From: Perkinsus olseni
Taxonomy: Eukaryota
Direction: 5' to 3'
NCBI GenBank assembly: GCA_013115125.1
Contig: JABANN010000065.1
Location: 62,001-84,406 of the forward strand
Length of the DNA: 22,406 bases
Shown here: positions 15,017 through 22,406 of the stretch, piece by piece
Position numbering within the stretch: position 1 is the first letter of the stretch
How the letters are laid out: each line of letters begins with the position of its first letter
The notes under the pieces: model-generated
Told to the model about the DNA's origin: nothing
Databases searched by the model: none
What the model saw: the letters and a program-made list of their open reading frames with translations, nothing else
Made by a program: the position numbers and the translations under genes

Positions 15017-17031
15017 TCAGGTACCATCAGAGGCGGCCTCCGACGGCAAAGGTGATGGGCTCGTTTCGGCGTCCTTAATTCCAGAGTTGCGACCTGATGC
15101 GCCGGACGAGGATACAAGTAGGCTAGATAAGAGCATCTAGGACGCCCCCAGCTCACGAGTTGCTATCCATGTTGGCTTGGTGTTGAAGGGCAACGCCGCA
15201 AGGCCCGGCTGGTATGCTTTCTGAGAGTCACCAGTGATAGATTGTGATAGGAGGGAACACCATAACTTACTCTCTTCTTTATCTGAGCGAAGCCTTTTCT
15301 TGACCGACCTTCTCTCAACTGCAGCTTCATATCCATCCTACACTTCACCGCTCGCAGCCTCCGGTCTATCTGAAAGCATCTGGAGTTTGAAGCCTTGGAA
15401 CGCTTCCCTTATGCACCTCTACTGGGAACAAGATTATGCACAACAGTGACGATATATTTACCTCTTCTTGCGCAGGCGGTATAGGGACGGGTATAACATC
15501 CTTATTGTACTCATTGGCCAGCTTCGTCAAGTCCTTAGCAATCGATGATCCTTTGGATGCGAGATTGTTCTTAAAGTCTCGATCAATATCCAGCAAGGTC
15601 CCTGAACGGAGTAGACTGGCTGTGACACCTCTGGCTGCTGTGAGTTGCACTCGGTTGCCCTACTATCGTCGCCCTCGGCAGTCAGCTGGAAGCTCTCCTT
15701 CCCTTCGGACTCACCAGTATTGGTCTGATCATGATGCTGATGGATAGATTATGTGGATGAGACCAAAGAATGCCACGTCGCGTCTCATTGGCTGAGTGAA
15801 GGAAGGAGCCATCTTACAACTTCAATGGCACGGCCGGTAAGTACGCCGTTGGCACCTAGTTCGGTTCCCCGATGCTCAACCACTCTATTGCGATAGAGGG
15901 CATAACCTGTTTTATCGAAGTACCTGTCGTAATAATGTACCGAGTACTTCTCCACGGAGAAGTTCAGATGACTGCTAGTTGAGCAGGAGAGACTCGAGAG
16001 GCCCGTGGGCCCTCAGTTGAATAAGGACACCACAAAGGCAAAGTGGAGAAGGAGGCCTTGAACGCTGTTACTTAGCATCAGACGTTGTTGCTAGATCGTC
16101 GTGCAGGGGGACAATTACCCATAATAGATTCTCATCAGACCTGAGAAGAGGGTTGTAGGTCTCCTGACCTGGTGGTCGTAGTAGCAGTGGCTCACCATGT
16201 CTTGGCGATCTGTAGTAACTCCGGGATGTCATGGGAGATTCTCTTAATGCAAGCAGTGATGGCGGTGAGCATCCAAAGGCCGCATTTTATACGATAGCTA
16301 GGGCGCTTTAAGTGGAAGAAATGCATCTGAGAGGGCGATAGATCCGGGCGGAAGGGATCCTTATGGCGCTGGGTGGAAAAGGTCTCACGAGGAATATAGT
16401 GCTGGCCTGGAATAGATCACGATCCATCGAAGCTGAAGTGACGATGAGCAAGGGGTCCTGCCTCTCTGCCCACGCAACCGAGTTCAGGCATATGTCTGTG
16501 ACCTGAGCGGAGGCATTGGCTGAAGGAAGATCTTCAAGGCAGACAGCACCAGCGTGTCGAAGAGATCTCTCTCATCTTCAACATTCTCCCAGGGGTCCAC
16601 AAGAGCCTGAATGCTGCAACAGATGGAATCATGAGGTTGAGTAGTAGCGAAGGGCTCCACGCAGACGTGCCCTTCCTCACCGAGATCATCTTCTCCTTAT
16701 AGACTCTTCTGCACAGATGATAAACTGACGTATCCGGCACAGCTGGCGGAGGGACTAAACCTTTGAGGCGCTCGTCTATCGGCGTATAGTAGAAGCTCTC
16801 GAGATCCTTGTAGAGGTTATCTAGTCGCCCCGGTAACAACTAAGACATGAATATGCCATCACTGGCAGGAAACCCTCTTGGCCGAGCATTAAACCCTACC
16901 GACGGGGCATATCTTGGAGGGACTCTCAATGATGATGTTGGTAGTGGTCCTGCTTCACTCAACAGATCCGCTCCCATGGACACACTACCCAGTGTGAACG
17001 AACCGCTAGAAGGGTCGGGCGAAGTATCCAT
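15017..17031 (-). CDS. Multi-exon hypothetical protein (more than 10 short introns; family not recognised; some junctions ambiguous)
   Basis: Short GT-AG introns join exons such as MDTSPDPSSG.., LPGRLDNLYKDLESFYYTPIDERLKG.., IQALVDPWENVEDERDLFDTL, QSSELLRGEVLGTLLRQ, GNRVQLTAARG..EYNKDVIPV, KAYQPGLAALPFNTKPTWI. The final exon ..EAASDGT ends at TGA 15017-15019. Confidence 0.6.
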
Positions 17032-17860
17032 GTAAGTTCATCGATAAAACTTCGGCGCCTCCGTATCAATGTAATGCCACCATCGCCCAGCACCCTTCTC
17101 GTCCCTGCCCCACTGGATGAACAAAATAAATCTACTATTATCGAAATGAGACCCCAATGTAACCTATAGGCGAGTAGGAAGGCATGTCATGTGGCGTCGG
17201 CAGATACAAAATACCACCACTGTGGGACCTCCATCAGCCGCTTCCAGGGAGCCTAGCAGGGAGAAAATAGACATCTCATGCTGTGTATCATACATCAGAG
17301 GACGGGTGATAGAGGCCTAGGTTCCAGTGCCTGCACTTACCTCTGAGTTGAGGCACGGGCGTCTGTCTAGCTGGGACTAAGGCGCCCTCAGCCTCGTGAC
17401 AGCTATGGAAGCTACAAAAATACAGGGTACAAAAATAGACAAAAATGATAGGAATAATATTTTGACAAAAACTGATAAAGATACTTCAAATGATAGAATT
17501 GTAGCTAGCAGGCGATTTCCTGACGAAATAGAACGACCCAAACTAAGTGGGGCAGAAAGTGGTACTTGAAAACACTTAACATCACACGTATATCTGATGG
17601 GGTGAAGAACGTGAAGGGGCATCGCTTCACTTATACAAGAGTCGAAGGAACTTAACAATGGATGGTGGTGCTGGCTACAAAATGAATGCATCACTAATCC
17701 AAACTTAACAACAAAAATAATATTATCATCATCTCCCCACTGAGGGTACGGGCCAGCAACAGGAGGGTAGTAATGGACGACTTGAGTGACTAACAGGTGT
17801 AAAGTTGGGAGGGCCCTAGCTGTAGCGTCGGCCTTCTTCAACAACAGAAGGAATCAAAAA

Positions 17861-20800
17861 TCAATGCTGTCGAGGAGATGTCCGCTCCACCGCGCTCTCC
17901 GGCATAGAAAATATCGATCTGAGTTTCTGCCCCTTCACGCCAAGCACCAACTGTTTCCGTGTGGACCTGATGGACTCATACGGCTCAGTGCTAGGGGGCT
18001 CCTGTACCGTGGTTGGGATGGGCGCAAGCAGCGGAGTGGATGGTATCAGACTTCCACGCCTTAAACCTTCTGAGAAAACAGCACAGCTCAATGGCGGAAG
18101 CTCAGCGAGAACGCTAGGCATTGCGTTATTGTATGAGAACCCTCAAACCAACATCGGTGAGCCACGTGTAGGGGGTTCATACTCTGATACACGGCGTATC
18201 CATCAGGGATGCCGAACGCCCTCATGGTGAGCTGAGCAGCCGTGAGGATGACCTATCCCCATCTACCCGTGTTGCTCCTCACTCTACTAGGGTCTGGCCC
18301 TGAATAGCTGAGCCCACCATCTGTCACAAGGTTAGCCACACCGTGTCTGACAGCAACGGCCTTCCACCTTCACACGGTGAACGGAACGCACGGAGTAGAG
18401 AGGCTGGTAGCGATGACTACCTTCTGATACCTCCTTCAACAGGTATCAAAGGCGCTCCTGCCCCAAGAGGTCCGTCAGGCTGCCGTTCATCAGCGTCGGA
18501 CGGTAAGGCAGCCGGGTCCTGTACCGGGAGCATGGTCCTCGTGACACAGCCTCATGGTCACCACACCTACCATGGCCTTTGTAGAGAGTAAATCGCCATG
18601 GTGAGTCTCATCTGTATCTGAGTTGGATCGAGCTGATGACGAATGGGAAGGGTCGCCATGATCCCGGGCTCACCTCGTGGGGTTGTACAAGTTTCGGACA
18701 CTGATGGAGGAAGAAGGAATATCGGGACCAATGAGGATAATGGACAAAGCTGTGGATGCAACCTGAACCAACGGGCCAATGTAACGTACTCTGACCAAGC
18801 GTATGAATATCAAGGAGCAGCACCTTCCAAGCCTGCCTACTGCATGATACGACATCATCTTGGCTAGAGACTAGCTGGCCTAGGCCCATCGTACGATATG
18901 GGTACGAAACACAGTCGAGCGGGAAACCACCTCTGAACTCCAACGACGAGTTCAGAGAACTTCTTCTGAGTTGTGTTGAGAACCCTAGAGATGACCAACG
19001 GGGATTACTCGGTGGACCCTGGTGCCGTTGTAGTAACCGAACTGGTATCCGATCTATATGCTCTAGCGCCACAGGATGGAGACCAGCAGGTTGAGCCGGA
19101 AGTGGTAGTTGGGAAGGTCGAAGAGGCATCGCTATCCGAAGAAGAGTACGAGCGAGCTCTGATGGTGGTGGCTGCGAAACCTCCTCGAGGTAGACTTTCT
19201 GAAGAGCCACTTCACGGCATGATGGATGGTATCGCCGCAGGAGAAGGCCTACCCCTGTTGCTGTTCACAGAGGCGCTGGTATCATCAGGCGAGAACAACG
19301 GTGGCCTCCAGAAGTGTGGCTGGTGCTGTTGAAGTTGATCGCCGAGTGACAGGGGCTTGTTGTAGTCCAAAGTTAGCACCCTAAAAGATGGTGTACTGGG
19401 ATAACGTATCACTCCCGAACCACACCTCTTGCAGCGATGGTAACCTTAGTTGGAACGACGTAGCTATTCCCTACGCTTCTACCTTTTAGCCTGTCGCCTC
19501 TCTCTCGCGTCATGATAGAAAGCACAGAGCTCCCCTCGGGGGCATCTACCGCGGGCCTTCCAATCACAACCTGAACTCAGGCCACTGCTAGGCACGGAGT
19601 TTATGAGACCACACAGTAGCCTACAGGGCATAGTCTTGTAGTAGGATGGATGGTAGAGCTGCTCCTTGCTGCCATGAGAATACGGGCATCGATGACTATT
19701 AGGGCATCTACTGCTGTACTCTGCCCATACCCTACTCTTACTCCAATAGGGGCAAGGCTCACTACCATACCCTAGAGCCGGTGATCCTGATGATGAGAAT
19801 TGGTCAGAAGTGTGTGTCATGAATGGCAGCACTACTGCGGCAATCCTGGTAAGTGTGTGCATAGTAGCATCGATGCCAATCGTGTTGTACACCATAAGGG
19901 CACCAAAGGGTCTTGAAATGATTAACGAAGAACTCTATGCCTCTAGTTGCCTCTTGGTCCTCAGTGAACATCCTACCATTTATCTGATACACATAGATGG
20001 TCCAAGACGATGCCGACCGCAAACGAGTGCTGCTATTCCGTAACGTTTTCTACGCTCGAGTGGAGAGGCGTCAGCTCCGACAGCACAGCAGCAGCTAGTC
20101 GTGTGGAAGAATACAGGAGTTCACGCATGCCTTGCGGGTATCCCACCATCACCCTTCGGTGCCATCAACTGTGGCGCTGTTGACTGCCCGAGGCAGCCAC
20201 AACCACTTCTACCCATACGTCCTACCGAGCTACGACGCCTTGTGGATAGTGTAAAGCATCTCTCTCAGAATACCCAGAGAACAAATCCACGCGATTCCGG
20301 CTGCACAAATTCAGTCAGGAAAAAAGTCATGTTTGAGAGTTGTCAATTCTTGATAGCCCAGCCTAGGGCTGCCCGCTTAGCCAATGCTACGCTGGGTGAT
20401 TGCGTAAGGGTCAATGACCGTGAGTTGATCCCGGGATGCATCTCCGAGCGTGGGTTCCTAAGGCACCCAGGCCACCGAGCCAGTGGCACTAACTGCATAT
20501 TTCACTGAAACCCGTAAGTTAGCTACCTCGACGGTGCTTCTACTATGCTAAGGCACTACTACCTCACTCCTATCATGTGCAAAGGCACAATGACCAGCCC
20601 TCACGCAATTGGCAATATTCGGCCAAGTGGCACAGAACCTCTGTCTGAAGATGGTAGGGTGGTACCTGCTTCAACGGCACTACCCCCGACCGGCGCCTCA
20701 TGATTACAGTAGCTCTAGCCTAGAGTGGCACTTGCCGCAATCATCACCCTTATCACAGCCCATCACACAGGTGTCTATATCAAAGTGTTGTGAGCACTGC

Positions 20801-21285
20801 TCAGGCTCGTAGGTTATGGGATATCGTCGACGGTCACGATGATTGTGGTAGAAGGGACACACTTTCCGGTCGTGTACCTATCGAAAATCCATCAGCAATC
20901 GAGAGTGCTATCCATGTGTTGGCTACGGAGATGAGACCTCCTTACCTGTTCCATATTCCGGCACATCTCCACCTTGAACCCATCAAGCACACTCATGCTC
21001 TCCTGCTTCACATCCCCAAGCGGAATGCTCTCATGTAGATCACATGCCTTCCTTCCACGACGACGGGAGTCGTCCGTGTACGGCAGCCTGTCGGATTCCA
21101 ATCCATAGAGGATAGCGTATTGGTATCACTTACAAGTCAAGAGACTGGGTCGAAGTGAGCAGTTGTGATATCTCAGTAGCCGCCCCGGTCGTAGCAGTAA
21201 CAGCCTTGCTACGCGGCGTGGTATACAAAGGCCCCTTGAACGGCGTGGTCGGAAGACCAGGAGGCGGGACTAAATTACTCCGCAT
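17861..21285 (-). CDS. Unkempt-like tandem CCCH zinc-finger RNA-binding protein (six fingers in two triplets, S/T/P-rich C-terminus; spliced)
   Basis: Triplet 1: FKVEMC..HDRKVCPFYH..RDRRRYP..YEPEQC..CDKGDDCGKCHSRLELLYHPTIFRQRFC..CVRAGHCAFAH. Triplet 2: FKTLWCPYGVQHDWHRCYYAH..YGSEPCP..CPNSHRCPYSHGSKEQLYHPSYYKTMPC..CPRGELCAFYH. ATG21285 is in frame with the first donor. The 3' end is taken as the stop of ORF 17861..18121 and is less certain. Confidence 0.88.
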
Positions 21286-21444
21286 GCTCTGAAGCAGCAG
21301 CCGATTAAAAATAAAGCTAACAGGCGAAGATTAACTTTTTCGCTGCAGCCGTGGTGAACTAGTAACAAAAGGACACATCACTGATGCGACATCAGATCAA
21401 CAATATAACACCATGACATCATGCAGGTATGCAGCATAATACGC

Positions 21445-22104
21445 TCAGAAAGGAGGTGAGCTGTACACGTCCGCCAAGGGACTATAAAGGTCTCGCTCCC
21501 TCAATGGTGCGACTAGAATGAAGCCAGTGCCGGATGTATCCAAGACGTTGAAGGACCATTGGCCGGATCGACGACAGAGACGAATGTTGTCGAATGAGAG
21601 ATGGCCGACGCCCAACATAGCTTCGGCCGCAGCAAACTCATGAATCTGGTCGGTTGCCGGTCCCCATGGCACGAGTTGGAGGCATTTGTTCCTACGAGGT
21701 ACCATCGCAGGAACTGTCTTAAATAAGGGTAGGGAGACAAAGGACATGTCCTCCATTTCAAAGGTCAACTTGACAGGCGTGAGCCAACTATAAGCGTTAG
21801 GGAAGGTTCGGTTTTGAGCGCGGAGTGATACTCTCCAAGGGCTTGTCGCTCCGACAAGCTCAATTACCGGTAAGTCGCTGGTGAAGGAAGGCTCACTGGG
21901 CGGCGGAGGTACGTGCAGCGGACTTCTGCGCAGCGCAACTCTATCACCGATCGTGTCACCACGCGGCTGCGGTTTAACTCTGGCGATGGGCTTGATGACG
22001 TCTCGGAGCTTCTCGTGCTGTTGCCGGGTTTGACTACGCGTGACAGGAGGAGCGTAAGCCATCGTTGCGCACAGTATGAAGAGGGACGCGAAGGATAGCC
22101 TCAT
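21445..22104 (-). CDS. Hypothetical secreted protein, intronless CDS (219 aa)
   Basis: Uninterrupted ATG-initiated ORF with a clear signal peptide MRLSFASLFILCATMAYA, a basic/Pro-rich linker, and a mixed beta/alpha C-terminal region with two Cys. Confidence 0.75.
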   Translation of the reverse strand: MRLSFASLFILCATMAYAPPVTRSQTRQQHEKLRDVIKPIARVKPQPRGDTIGDRVALRRSPLHVPPPPSEPSFTSDLPVIELVGATSPWRVSLRAQNRTFPNAYSWLTPVKLTFEMEDMSFVSLPLFKTVPAMVPRRNKCLQLVPWGPATDQIHEFAAAEAMLGVGHLSFDNIRLCRRSGQWSFNVLDTSGTGFILVAPLRERDLYSPLADVYSSPPF

Positions 22105-22406
22105 GATGTAGAAAAGGTTAATCCCTGAGTACAGCTCTTATACGACACCATGACATAATTGAGCATCGTCTCTTCCTTAGGAATGGACACGCACCTCAGG
22201 CGGCAACAGCGACCGAGGCTTCAAGGAGCGGATGTTACCGTCGCCGTGTTCGGACATACTGGGGAACTGTGCAAGAGTGCAAGTGGCCAAGATATCGGCC
22301 GCCGTCGCCGTCAAGAGGCTGAGCCGCTGGCCTCTGGGTGGGCCCCCACAGGGACAAAACAATCCGAGCGCGGGGGAGGGGACCCCGCGCGTTTGTGCAA
22401 ATTTCG

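Noticed and set aside
15975-16119. Apparent ~145-nt intron with CTGA boxes (snoRNA candidate)
   Set aside because: It resolves into two normal-sized introns (~53 and ~56 nt) around a small exon (VQGLLLHFAFV).
17377-17844. 155-aa minus-strand ORF with a hydrophobic end
   Set aside because: It has a non-ATG start and T-rich low-complexity composition directly after the presumed Unkempt stop; most likely 3' UTR or intergenic.
20101-20508. 135-codon + strand ORF nested in the long Unkempt intron; TPP riboswitch and RNase P/MRP also considered
   Set aside because: The ORF has a GTG start and no recognisable motif. The conserved TPP (AACCUGA, UAAUGC) and RNase P/MRP CR-I/CR-V signatures were not found.

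Overview
Gene-dense eukaryotic (protist) DNA with very short, ~45-70 nt GT-AG introns. This architecture most resembles Perkinsus-type alveolates, which is an inference. Most entries in the ORF track are exon fragments or antisense shadows. Left to right, manual splicing gives: a small signal-peptide sORF; a ~30-intron CHD6-9/Kismet-like chromatin remodeler (tandem chromodomains, AT-hook, SNF2 ATPase); two tandem, diverged paralogs of an unrecognised secreted family; two tandem intronless group II-like truncated (2/2) hemoglobins; an intronless secreted Cys-rich/mucin-repeat protein; a multi-exon hypothetical gene; an Unkempt-like six-CCCH zinc-finger RNA-binding protein; and an intronless secreted hypothetical protein. 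I found no rRNA, tRNA, CRISPR array or transposon. The best leads are the unusual globin pair (conserved ~18-aa F-G insertion and Cys-Pro tail), a 579-nt UAG-rich intron splitting the two Unkempt finger triplets, a 269-nt structured intron in the CHD gene, and a spliced-leader-like 21-mer. All exon models are by eye and unverified.
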